From positions 1 to 64,000 of the forward strand of contig MCFE01000267.1 in NCBI GenBank assembly GCA_002104905.1: a DNA stretch of 64,000 bases, given 5' to 3'. The stretch comes from Basidiobolus meristosporus CBS 931.73. Taxonomy: Eukaryota; Fungi; Basidiobolomycota. Position numbers and translations under genes: made by a program. Below the pieces are notes generated by a model. The model ran no database searches. It saw only the letters and a program-made list of their open reading frames with translations, and was not told the origin of the DNA. Below are positions 52,167 through 64,000 of this stretch, piece after piece; within the stretch, counting starts at the first letter, position 1; each line of letters starts with the position of its first letter.

Positions 52167-55100
52167 TGTTGAAATATTAGACTATTTGGTATCATTCTGC
52201 AGCTAAAAATTTACTTAACAGTTCTAGACTAGTCTTAGTCACTGTAGGACTCATTTACTGCCTTAACATTGCCACTTTCTTCTGATATATGATCTTATGA
52301 TTATTCCCTTATAGTCAGGATCAAATTAGCACTATTACCAATCATTATGTACTAGCCCTGAAACTGTTCCAGAATGCTCCTGAATATTTAGAAACCCTCC
52401 CTACTTAGTGTTACAGCTGTATTACTTCTACAAAGGTATAAATACTGAGCTTCTTTACAAATAAACAGCAGTTCAACTATTATCACTATTTCTTGATAAG
52501 TTCCTTATTTTCAAATCACTTCCAAAATTGCAACAGGTTATGAGCCCTGATTGCCTTAATCTACTCTAAAGATGACTTCTACCAGCAAACTAAGCAATAC
52601 CAACATCTTCCCTGTAAAGGAGAGGTTTGATGGGAAGAACTACAGACTTTAGAGAATCAAGATGCAGATCCACCTTGAGGAAAGAAAGCTTTGGAACATT
52701 GTAACAGGAAAGGAAGTTGTGCCCAAAGGAGCAGCAGAAGATGTGGAGGAGTCTCAAGAGAAGGAGAGAAAGGCCTTCAATGCCATATGCATCAATGTGC
52801 AAGACTCCTTCATTGGACAAATCCATGCCTCAAATACTGCCAAAGCAGCATGGGAATCCTTAGAGAAGATCTTTAGAGCAAAGTCAGTATCAAGCAAGCT
52901 TTATTTGAAACAAAAGTTCTTCAACATGAGGAAGAAGCCAGATGATGACATGCTACAACTCATTACCAGAATGGAGGCACTTGCACAAGAACTTTATAGT
53001 ATTAATACTGGTGTAGATGATGAAGAAAAGATATTCTATCTGCTTTGCAGCCTACCAGAAGAGTATGCGCTACTCATACTTTCTTTTGAAAGCAGAGAAG
53101 ACAACTTGACTTTAGACTACGTCAAAGGAATACTTCTCCATGAAGAACTCAGACATAATGATCAAGCAGAGAAAATTGAAGATAATGCTTTATTCAGTTC
53201 AGAAAGGCACACAGAAAAGAAGGGAAAGCAACAAAACCAAAGAAAACCTGGCTGCTGTAACTACTGTAAAATGCCAGGACACTGCGCAAGAGAATGCAAG
53301 AAGAAACAAGCAGACAAAAAGCAGAAACTAGAGCAGGCAAACCATATAACTACTGATGAACAGTTATTTGTAACTGTACAAGAGAGTGCAAGTAACCAAG
53401 GTAATGAATGGTATATTGACTTTAAAGCATCACAGCATATTGGTGGTATAAAGGATTGGTTCAGCAACTTAAAGACTATTCCCGTAAGAAAGGTTTATCT
53501 GGCAGATAACTCTGCATTGGAAGCTACCGCCAGTGGGTCTATACAACTATGTATGAGTGATAATTCAGGGGCAACAATGGCAAAACTGACTGACATACTC
53601 TATGTACCTGGAATAGCTAAGAACCTACTCTCAGTCAGTAAAGCAACTACTCAGGGACTGAAATTTGTTTTTACTAAGCTGAGCTGCTCAATATTGAGTG
53701 AAAATGGACAAAAATTAGCTTTGGGAATCAGAGATCACAATATATACAGGTTACAATGCAAGATCATTGTACCTGAGTATGTCAACATTGCTGAAACAGA
53801 TTAAGCAACTGAGAGACGTGGCATAGGAGGCTACGGCACATTGGGGAATAGAAAATGAGCCAATTGGTGAAAAATCAGCTTGTTTTGGGCCTAAAATACT
53901 CAATTCCAATCAAATTGAATGTTTGTAAGGGATGTTCATATAGCAAACAAGCTAGGCAACATTTCAAGAGCTCAGAAGGCATTAATACCACCGAAATATT
54001 GGCTATTGTACACTCACACATATGTGGCCCCATGAGAACACTGTCCACTGGAGCCAACAGATACTTTATGACGTTTATTGATGACAAGACAAGATATACA
54101 TGGGTGTACTTCCTCAAAATAAACAATGAAGCTTTAGAGATGTTTAAGCACTTCAAGAACATGGCAGAAACACAAACTGGGTGTAAATCGAAGTTACTAT
54201 GAAGTGACAATGGAGAAGAATACTGCTCAAAGGAGTTTGCAAAATACTGCTTGTCTACTGGCATACCTCAACAGACCACAGTTCCTCATACTCCACAGCA
54301 AAATGGAGTAGCAGAATGCGCAAATAGAACAACAGTAGAGATGGGACAATCTATGCTACATGATAAGGGAATGGACTACAGGTTTTGGGCTGAATTTGTT
54401 GCTACCGCTATATACATCAAGAACAGATGCCCAACAACAGCACTACGTGATTCTACACCCTTTGAAGCATATACAGGCAAAAACCGGATCTCCAGCATCT
54501 CAAGATCTTTGGTAGTGATGTTTTTTATCACATCCCTGACCAAAGACGCTCAAAGTTGGAACCAAAGAGAAGGAAAGGGATCTTTCTTAGGTATTGTGAA
54601 GATACTAAAGGGTATAGAGTGTATGATGGCAAAGTTCAGAAGCTGATCAGGAGCAGGGATGTTGTATTTGAGGAGAATTCAGATCAGAAAGCCACAGAAA
54701 TCATTGGTCAGCTGCCTGATGATGCAATCAGCACTAATGAAGAAAATACGTACTGAATCCTGCCAGATATGGAAGATACTTCTACCAGTTCCAGATCACA
54801 ACAGATTATCCCAGTTAGGAGATCTACTAGAATAAGAAATGCCCCTGGATCCTGGTGGCAGAAATCCAATGATCATGAAGAAGCTTATCTTGCCTTATGT
54901 GCCAAACCTCAGACTCTGGAACAGGCAATGCAAAGTCCAGATGCTACTAAGTGGCAACAAGCCATGCAGGAGGAGTACCAATCACTGATCAAGGCAAAAA
55001 CATGGGCACTGGTAAATTTACCAAATGGGAGAAAGCCAATAGGATGTAGATGGGTATACAAGATCAAGATAATCTCAAATGGTGCCGTTGATAAGTACAA

Positions 55101-56844
55101 GGCTCAATTGGTAGCTAAAGGCTATTCCCAGATCCGGGGACTTTGAGGAAACATTTGCTCCAATTGCCAAGCTTAGCTCTATTAGAACCGTTCTAGCCCT
55201 GGCAGCTGTACACAGTCTAGATCTACACCAAATGGACGTCAAAACAGCCTTTCCAGAATGGGATTTGCAAGAAACTATATATATTGAGCAACCGGAAGGT
55301 TTTACCAATCCAAAAGGCCCCCATAAGGTGTACAAACTTAGAAAATTGTTGTATGGGCTTAAGCAGGCACCCAGAGCATGGTATAACAAGATTGACACAT
55401 ATCTAGAGGATATTGGGTTCTCTCGTAGCACTGCAGATCAAAGTATACATGTGAAACAGCTTAAAAAGGGTGTGATCATCCTTGTTCTTTAGGTAGATGA
55501 CCTAATCATAGCTACAAGTGACCAAGTGGCACTTAAACAGACAAAATCAGATCTCTTCAGCAAGTTTGAGATGTATGATCTTGGAAAATGAGCTATTTTC
55601 TTGGAATTGAGGTCAAATTTGACATACCTATGCAGAAAATTTTGCTGAATCAGTCTAAGTACATCAGGGACATTCTTAGTTGCTTCAAAATGGAAAATTG
55701 CAAACCTGCAGCAACCCCTATGGACAATAACCTCAAATTAAGCAAATCTAAGCCAGTTATAGATGAAAGTGGCTCAAATATGGACCAAAACTTTCCCTAT
55801 CAATGAATGGTTGGTAGCCTAATGTACTTGATGGTGTCTACATGTCCACATATTGCAGTGGCAGTTGGAATAGTCAGTCAATTCATGCAGAATTATGGAT
55901 CAGGTCAAATTGCAGCAGTTAATCGGATTTCCAGATATCTACAAGGTACCATAAATATGGTACTGGAATACTCTGGAGCAGCTAATAGGCAAAAATTTGA
56001 TGGTTATAGTGATTCAGATTGGGGCAGGGATCTGATTGACAGATGCTCTACCACAGGCTATGTATTTCTTTATGCTGGTGCAGCTATTACTTGTAGTTGC
56101 AAGAAACAACCAACTGTGGCACTATCTACAACTGAAGCTGAATATATGGCTGCATGTCAAGCAACTAAGGAGGCTATATGGCTACAAAAATTATTCCAAG
56201 ACTTAGGTTTTAATTCAGGTGAACCAACAGGTATTTACAAGGATAACCAAAGTTGTATTTCATTAGCTAGAAATCCTACTAATCATGCCAGAACTAAGTA
56301 CATTGATATAGAGCATCACTTTGTGAGGGAAGCTGTAGAAAATAATTTAGTGGAGTTAGTTTACTGCCCAACTGACAAAATGGTGGCAGACATATTGACA
56401 AAACTACTAGCTAGGCCACAGTTTGAGATTCTTAGTGAGAAATTGGGATTAAGAAATTATTTAGTTGAGGGGGAGTGTTGAAATATTGAACTATTTGGTA
56501 TCATTCTGCAGCTAAAAATTTACTTAACAATTCTAGACTAGTCTTAGTCACTGTAGGACTCATTTACTGCCTTAACTTTGCCACTTTCTTCTGGTATATG
56601 ATCTTATGATTATTCCCCTATAGTCAGGATCAAATTAGCACTATTACCAATCATTATGTACTAGCCCTGAAACTGTTCCAGAATGCTCCTGAATATCTAG
56701 AAACCCTCCCTACTTAGTGTTACAGCTGTATTACTTCTACAAAGGTATAAATACTGAGCTTCTTTATGAATAAACAACAGTTCAACTATTGTCGCTATTT
56801 CTTGATAAGTTACTTATGTCCAAATCACTTCTTAAATTGCAACA
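52167..56844 (+). mobile_element. Ty1/copia LTR retrotransposon (copia-2) nested in the gypsy protease region, inactivated
   Basis: 369-bp LTRs 52167-52535 and 56476-56844 (about 17 differences counted by eye), PBS GGTTATGAGCCCT 52536-52548, PPT GAGGGGGAG 56467-56475; Gag (CNYCKMPGHCAREC), PR (WYIDFKASQH), IN (FIDDKTRYTW), RT ([12 protein letters not shown]), RNase H (GYSDSD, EAEY). No TSD at the right end. Confidence 0.95.
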
Positions 56845-58546
56845 GGTTATGAGCAGTGTATGTGGAACAAGTGAACTTAGCAAGGCACAGTTCTGTAGAG
56901 CACTAAGAAAAGGCACCCAGATGTTCCTCATGGCAGTGTTACAGGAGGATTTTTCTACTCCAGTACCACAGAAGGTTCAGACTCTTTTGAAGGAATATTC
57001 AGACATATATCCAGAAGAGCTTGTAAGCCTACCACCAGTCAGAGATGTGGATAATGCCATTGAAATAGGAGATAGCCCTCCAGTGAGTAAGACACCTTAC
57101 AGAATGAGTCCATTGGAGTTGGAAGAGATGAAGCAATTAATAGATCAGTTACTGGAGCAAGGATATATCAGACCCAGCAAGTCACCTTGTGGAGCACCAG
57201 TACCTTTTGTGAAGAAGAAGGATGGAATACTTAGGATGTGCATTGACTACCAAGCCCTCAAATTAGTTACCATGAAGAATAAGTACCCCATACCCTGGAT
57301 TGATGAGCTCTTGGACCAACTCAATGGAGTCACAATTTTCAGCAAGATTGACCTCATGTCAGGATACAACCAGATTAGGGTGAAGCCAGAAGACATCCCT
57401 AAGACAGCATTCAGGACCAGATATGGAGATTACAAGTACTTAGTCATGAGTTTTGGACTCACCAATGTCCCTACAACATTCATGACCCTGATGCAGACCA
57501 ACTTCCAGGAGTACTTAGACAAGTTTATCATAATCTACCTAGATGATATATTGATATACAGCAAGACAGAGGAGGATCACTTGGTGCACATTGAAAAGGT
57601 CTCAAAGAAGCTAAGAGAGAACAAGCTTTATGGCATGCTACCCAAATGTGAATTCTTCAAACAACATGTTGAATGTCTGGGACACATAGTGACTGGCACA
57701 GGAGTAACCTTAGACCCTAAGAAGGTTGAAGTTATCAAGAATCTGAAGCAGCCCCATAGCATATCAGAGCTTGGATCATTCCTTGGAATGGTTTCCTATT
57801 ATCAAATACTTGTCAAGTCCTTTGCAAGAATTGCAGCCCCTTTAACTGATATCCTCACAAAAGACAATACCTACAAGTGGGACATAGCTTGTGAAACGCC
57901 TTCCAGATGCTCAAGAATGAACTTGCTAAGCTGCCAAGCTTAGGAATACCTGACTTCAGAAAAGAGTTTACTCTGTGCACAGATGCTTCAGATTATGCAA
58001 TTGGTGAAGTGTTGAGCCAAGAACACAAGGGAAAGAACTACCCTGTTGCCTTTGAATGCAAGAAACTGAACTCAGCAGAACAAAACTATCCAGTGCATGT
58101 GAAGGAGATGCTTGCTATAATACACTGTTTGAAGACATGTAGATGCTATACTGAAGGAGTCAAATGTACTGTAAAGACTAATCATGCCTCCCTCAAGTAT
58201 ATATTTACTCAGAAGGTACTCTCTAGAAGAATGACAAGATGGAGTGAATACATTTGGCAATTTGACTTGTAGATTGTCTACTGCCCTGGAAAAAACAACA
58301 CAGTTGCTGACACCTTATCAAGATTAGAACAAGTTGCACAACTCAACTTGGTGCATGAATCAGATTGGCCTAGCCTATTACCAAAGTACCTGGAGGACCA
58401 AGCCAGTCCTAATGCGGTGGATGAAGATATCAAGAAGATAATCTGGGATGAAGCCAGCAAATATGTAGTACAGGATGAAACACTCTACCAGATTGTTGAT
58501 GGAAGCCCCATTGCCTATTGCCCTTATGTTTATTGACTGGATCTGA

Positions 58547-58911
58547 TGTTACAATCTGCCGCTTGAATGTTTAAGTTAGATCTGTTTTTAGTCAAATCAA
58601 TTAGTATATGTAGGTTATCAGTATATCAGTATTATCTATCAATCAGTAGCATTAGTCAGCAAATGAATCAGCAGATTCTTATCAGACAGAAATCAATATA
58701 TTAAGTAGGATCTTATTGGATGATGATGACGCAATCAAATGAGTCATCAGCCACAACCTACATTAGGAAATGCAATTAGTCTGCAATTGATCTGGCATAA
58801 TGTATATAATGAGCTGCTGGAACCTCAATAAAAATCAGTTCAAGCTTTAGTGAATACAATGCTAGCTAAACTCCTTATTCCTCTACAACTCTTATACCAA
58901 GACTTGTAACA
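58547..58911 (+). mobile_element. Solo LTR of the same gypsy family inserted in the gypsy integrase N-terminus
   Basis: TGTTA...TAACA termini; flanks CTGA/CTAA (4-bp TSD, one G>A); removing it restores L-D-L-I-H-K-L-H-N-G-Y-G-H. Confidence 0.9.
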
Positions 58912-60252
58912 CTAATACATAAGCTACACAATGGATATGGACATCTTGCGATTGAAGGAACCTATAGCCTTGTGACAGACAGAGCATGGTAGCCCAGAAT
59001 GAATCATAACATTGAGAAGCTAGTGAAAACATGCACAAATTGCCAAATCAACCAAGGCCAACCACAGAGAATTGCTGAACTCTTTTCCTTGGAGCCTGTA
59101 AGACCATTTGAAAGATGGGGAATTGACTTTATTGGAAGACTGGCCACTACTAGGAAATGCAACCATTGGATCCTAGTAGCAATTTGCCATGCCACTAAAT
59201 GGCCAGTAGCTAAAGCTGTACCCATAGCCAGTGAACAAGAAGTTGCAAGTTTCATCTACCATGCTATCCTTGTGAAGTCCAGATGCCTAGTAGAGGGTCT
59301 AGGTGATAAAGGTGCAAACTTTATGGCAAAGACATTGGAAGTATACCTGGAAACTCAGCAGATCAAACACTTGAAAACCTTGGCATATCACCCCTGAACT
59401 AATGGAGTCACTGAGCGGTTTAATGGATTATTTGGAAAAATGCTGACCAAGTATGCAAATGCAGTTGTCAGTAGATGGGATGAGTATATAGACCACGCAC
59501 TCTTTGCATGTAGAGTTAGAGTACACAACACCACCCAGCAATCACCATTTTACTTAGTATATGGATGTAAACCAAGGATTCCAGGAGAACTCACACAACC
59601 AAAGCTTACAGACACCTTAGAAGATGAACTCAGTTAGCCAAGTAGACACCAGCAATTGGAACAAAGATGTCAAGAGGCACAGACCCAAGAATCTCAAAGT
59701 GCAGCAAAGATGAAGCAGAGATTTGACTAGACTATTGCACTAGAAGCATTGACAGTTGGGAACATTGTATTGCTAAGAGACAACACTTGGAAGAAGTTTG
59801 AGCCACAATGGACAGGACCATTTAAAATCATCAGGGAAAGTCCATTGGCAACTTATCTACTAGTGGACAAGCAAGGCAATATCCAGGAAGACTTAGTGCA
59901 TAGAGACAGACTCAAGCTTGCAAGACTTGCTGATAATACTGAACCGTAAAGATACTGGTATCACAAGAAAAGAGATTCAGAAGAACCCTTTCAACATTGG
60001 CAGGGGAGAATGTTATGATCTGCTGCTTGGATGTTTAAGCTAGATCAGTTTTTAGTCAAATCAATTAGTTACATGTTTGGGTTATCAGTATATCAGTATT
60101 ATCTATCAAATCAATAGCATTAGTCAGCAAATGAATCTGTGGATCCTTATCAGACAGAAATAGATATATTTGGTAGGATCTTATTGGGTGATGATGATGC
60201 AATCAAGTGATTTGTCAGCCACAGCCTACATTAAGAAGTACAATTAGTCAGC

Positions 60253-62127
60253 ACTATTCATTCACTATTTCCCACATTTCCTGGTCTTCAGCCAGCACTG
60301 CAAGGCCAAGCACCTCATCTGCCAGTCTTTGCACTAAATACTTGCATTATTTAAGTGCATTTTCTTGAGAACTGCTCTTGAAGAAGTGTTGCAACCTCTT
60401 GGTGTGCATGTTAATGTACCAAAATTACACTGAAGGCATTGTGATAGTCTTTTGAGCTCTTGACCTTGTAGCCTTGTCTGTTAGTTGGATCCCTACTCTG
60501 ACAAAAATGGAGGTATGTGGAGGCTGTGGTAGACAAATTGCCTTTTTCTGCAAACTCATCTACCATGCTGAAGTGTAGCTCACCTGGCTGCACTTCCAAC
60601 TCTTGTGAACATAGCTGCTTTCTTATTGGCAGTTCTTCTTGCCTATCCAGGAATTCAGTCTGTTCCAGGCTTGTGGCATTAATTGGCAAGAACTGCTGTT
60701 TTTTTGCATGTTTCCCTCTCTCAGGCTTGGGCAGACATTTTTCCCTTTACCTTTTTCTTTATCACTGCCAGGTCTTTCACTACTATTATGTCTGAGCACT
60801 TCTTGTAGTTAAATGCATTTTCTCCTGGATAAATTCTGCACTGACGCATCTGTTTTGGTCTGCTTGTCCCTTGCCAGCACTCTTCTGGCAACCTGACATT
60901 TCTTTTCTGCTTGCTACAAGCTCCCAACTGTAGTTGTGACAGGCTCCTGTAAAAACTGCTGGCTATTATCACTGCCAGGTCCTTCACTGCTACTCTGACT
61001 GAGTGCTTCTTCAGTAGTACTACACTTTTCCTTGATAAATATTGTGCTGGTGCATCTGTGTCTGCCAGCTTGTCCCTAATTGGCCCTCTTTCAGCTACCT
61101 GACAACTCTTTGATGCTTGTCTGCAGCTTTTGGGCCTGCTTGTAACAGGCTATTGAGGAAGCTGCTGGTTTTTAGCCATTGCACCCTGGTACTTCTGCCT
61201 TTGATAGTTTCTGCTATTCTTAAGATACTTTCTTAGCACACCAATGCTGGCCAAAAATCTATTTGCCTGTTTGAATCCACAACAATGCACATGGAACAAG
61301 TCAAGTGCATTCTGCTTGGCCTTGAGTTCCTGATGGGCCTGTGGTGTGCCTGCCTCAAGATGATGGCCTGCTAAACTTCTGATGGACTCTTGTATATTAG
61401 CCCACTCTTTGTTATTGCACTCAACGGCTTCATACATCTTCAATGTCTTTTGCTTTTTAGGCTTTAGTATAAACACCATATTGTCCCCCTCCCATGCTGT
61501 GATAGGTTTTTCTGTGTGCTTTATCTTTGAGCACTGTTGTTGCGCTTCGTAGACTGTACAATGTTCTTCTACTGTTACATTGGGAAATAGCTCAATTCTT
61601 GGCTGTGACATTGAGCCACTGGAGTTCCTTCTTTGCAGCAAAGATACTTCTTTCCCTACCTGGGATATTGATTGCTCTACACATATTTTCTGCTCATCCT
61701 GTTTCTGGACTAATTCCTGATTTCTCTGGCCCAATGCATCTATCCTATCAGCCACTGCACCTAATTGCTTCATTAATTCTTTGGTATGAGCTGACAACAT
61801 ACTTGCCCATATAGGTGGTGGTGATGTTATCATGGCTACTTGCTGATCTTCAACTGAGGGTACTGCATTTGCTACATTCTCATCTGCCTGAGCATAATGG
61901 TGAGCTTGTAACTCTGCAGACATTCTCAAATGCCTACTTGACTGAGAGCCTGAGGAGTCCACATTATTACCTTCAATGTGCACACTGTCCACAAGGCCAT
62001 TTTTGAATGTATCCCAACCTGTGGCATGGAATGTCAAAGCAAGCTGTTGTCCAACTGCTCTTCCATTGCCATCAGCAGTGGGGTTTGGTTGGGAACCAGA
62101 CAACTTTGCTTTATTTTTTGGCGGCAT
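60253..62127 (-). pseudogene. Accessory ORF2 of CACTA-like copy B (first 325 codons open, then decayed)
   Basis: MPPKNKAKLSGSQP...coiled-coil-like LGAVADRIDALGQRNQELVQKQ...helical domain AKQNALDLF...FLASIGVLRKYLKNSRNYQR; repeated VAGRVP-containing units downstream. Confidence 0.8.
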
Positions 62128-62285
62128 ATATATGGAAGTGAGTCAAACCAAAGGGGAAATAGTGTTACATATACGTGTGTATGTAGTACCACAACTTTAT
62201 TTATAATGCTTACTATGCTGGGTCATCATTGAATCTTACATATTTGTAGGTAAATGTCTCAAATACAACACTGTCTCAAGTCAAC

Positions 62286-63760
62286 ATGAGTATTGACCAG
62301 AAAAAGATATAATAGCGTTAAGTTGTTGAAGGTCAAACTGTGTGCCCCATGGACAAGACTACTTTGACTCAATGCCGTAAGAGCAGAGAAAAAAGACCAT
62401 GTGGCTATTGTGGCAAGCATCTCAGCCATGAAGCACACATACAGCATAGGAAGCATTACAAGGATCACAGCCAGTGCTTTACCACCCAAGTCATATTTGA
62501 CCATTCATTGGTCACTACTGAACTAACATTATTATGCTTGCCAGTTGATACCTCTATATTGGCACCTGGTCATCTTTGTCACCTTTTGCAAACTGAGTCA
62601 GGTGAGTTTGTGATGCCTTTAGGCTCACCTCAGCCTTCTGAATATGGCATGCAGAGTGATAGCTCTGACAAAGAAGGTTCACTGATGGATTTTGAGCCTA
62701 TCTCCCCTAACAACAGTACCACATATGAGCCCAGTCAAATTCCTACATGCAATGAGATAACACCTGTTGAAACAAATGCCAAGGATACTTTATGGAGCCA
62801 AGTGAGCCCAGTAATCTATCTACTGGTGAAGGATGTAATGTTGTGGCTAGAGAAGTGGGGAATTTCAACTGATATCAGTAATGGGGTCTTTGAGGATTCA
62901 TTACTACTTCTTGCAAAAATCATAGCAGGATGCTACTTACCATGTACATGGTGCAAGCAGACAACTGTCATGTGGCTGGCAACTTATGATCAAGAGACTG
63001 TCCTGATTCCAGCATATGTAAACAGTTGCACAGCATTCACATCCAAAAATGCTATCATTGCAACATGTCTGAATTGTCAGGAATCCACCACCATTGAGGG
63101 AAAACATTGTTCACACTCCAAATGTGTTCCAGTCATACACTGCCTGAGGAAGCTGATGTGGTCTAACAAGTATTGCAAAGCTATACAGTACCGCACCCAG
63201 TATCAATCAAGTGCCAACATATCCAATATATTTGATTGCAATAATTACAAATGGCCAAGAATCAAGGGCTACTTTGAAGGTATGTATGATCATGCCTTTG
63301 CTTTAGCACTTGATGGATTCTCATTAAACAAGTACTCTACCAGCAAATCCTGCTGGCCACTGATTCTCATTAATCTGAATCTGCCACCCATGTTACATAA
63401 TCAGAGCAATAATCTGATGGTAGTCTCACTGGTATCTGGGCCTAAATCACTGTCCAACCTGGATAGCTACCTGTATCCATTGCTGGATGAGTTTTGTATG
63501 CTTTCCAGCAGGATGACATTAAATGGCTGTCATATAAAAGCACATATTATTATCCACATTGAAGATACCCCATTTCTACTGGGAGCAATGCATTTGCTTT
63601 TCAACAATACCCCTTTGCTAATGACCAAGTTATACATGAGGTATTTCAAGCTAAATGAGCCCTTTTGAACGCCAGAGATATTCAAAAGAATTGCTATGAT
63701 AATAATTTGGTCCTGCAAGTGGATCCAATCTGGCTCAGCCATCAGGATCCCAAAATGGGT
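62286..63760 (+). pseudogene. CACTA/EnSpm (Transposase_21/tnp2-type) transposase, copy B, partial and decayed
   Basis: CGYCGKHLSH zinc-binding start, CLNCQE, ALALDGFSLNKYSTSKSCWPLILINLNLPP...LVSGPKSLSNLDSYLYPLLDEF...HIIIHIEDTP; stops near the start and a deletion after the second catalytic Asp region relative to copy A. Confidence 0.92.
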
Positions 63761-64000
63761 CCATCATAATGCCTGCAGCATGAAATTATTGACCCTCCAC
63801 ATAATCTTATAATGCAACTGGGACAGCATTTTTCTGATTTAACTGCCTAATAAAGTAAAAAACCTGACAGTCTTTTAGCAGTCTTTTGAAAAGAATTGCA
63901 TGGCATGCAAACAGTCATAGTGTGCTCTTCATTTACTTGAGTGGACTCAGCCAGCCAACTCATCCAATTGCCATATATAGCAAGAAATGTGGCACTTTGG

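Larger units (their letters stand above)
50581..60252 (+). mobile_element. Ty3/gypsy LTR retrotransposon, inactivated, with nested insertions and truncated 3' LTR
   Basis: 5' LTR 50581-50949, Gag (WHFQIEEAF...AASYLADTA; CFNCHQQGHIAKDC), PR (MINSGA), RT (RPSKSP.GAPV; KIDLMSGYNQIRV; YLDDILI), RNase H (TDASDYAIG), IN (HNGYGH...CTNC; WGIDFIG; GPF), PPT AGGGGAGAA 60002-60010, 3' LTR 60011-~60252. Confidence 0.95.

Noticed and set aside
59950-60010. Chromodomain at the gypsy integrase C-terminus
   Set aside because: The frame ends shortly after the GPF/SH3-like segment and runs into the PPT; no chromodomain residues seen.

Overview
Eukaryotic, very probably fungal, genomic DNA. Short (~60 nt) GT-AG introns with CTAAC-type branch sites, a Tubby-domain gene and a bacterial-style NRPS together suggest an early-diverging (non-Dikarya) fungus; this assignment is inference. 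The window has four compartments. (1) 1-2922: the 5' part of an intronless minus-strand NRPS that runs off the left edge and is missing from the ORF track. I translated it by hand: N-terminal formyltransferase domain, vestigial condensation-like segment, then an adenylation domain with a Val/Ile-like pocket. (2) ~3400-7270: a CpG-depleted block of decayed repeats, including a MITE and a solo copia LTR. (3) ~7290-29200: a CpG-rich gene island with Tubby-like, F-box/ankyrin, PAP2/DPP1-like phosphatase, Kre9/KNH-like GPI protein, class-2 DYRK kinase, F-box/LRR and YqjM-like Old Yellow Enzyme genes, plus several unexplained stretches. (4) ~29200-64000: a CpG-depleted transposon nest. It holds a full-length Ty1/copia with a perfect TSD, several scrambled CACTA/EnSpm-type copies with a divergent second ORF, MITEs, and a Ty3/gypsy interrupted by a second copia and by a solo LTR of its own family. 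All TE ORFs are broken by stops or frameshifts. The most interesting item is the formylation-domain NRPS.
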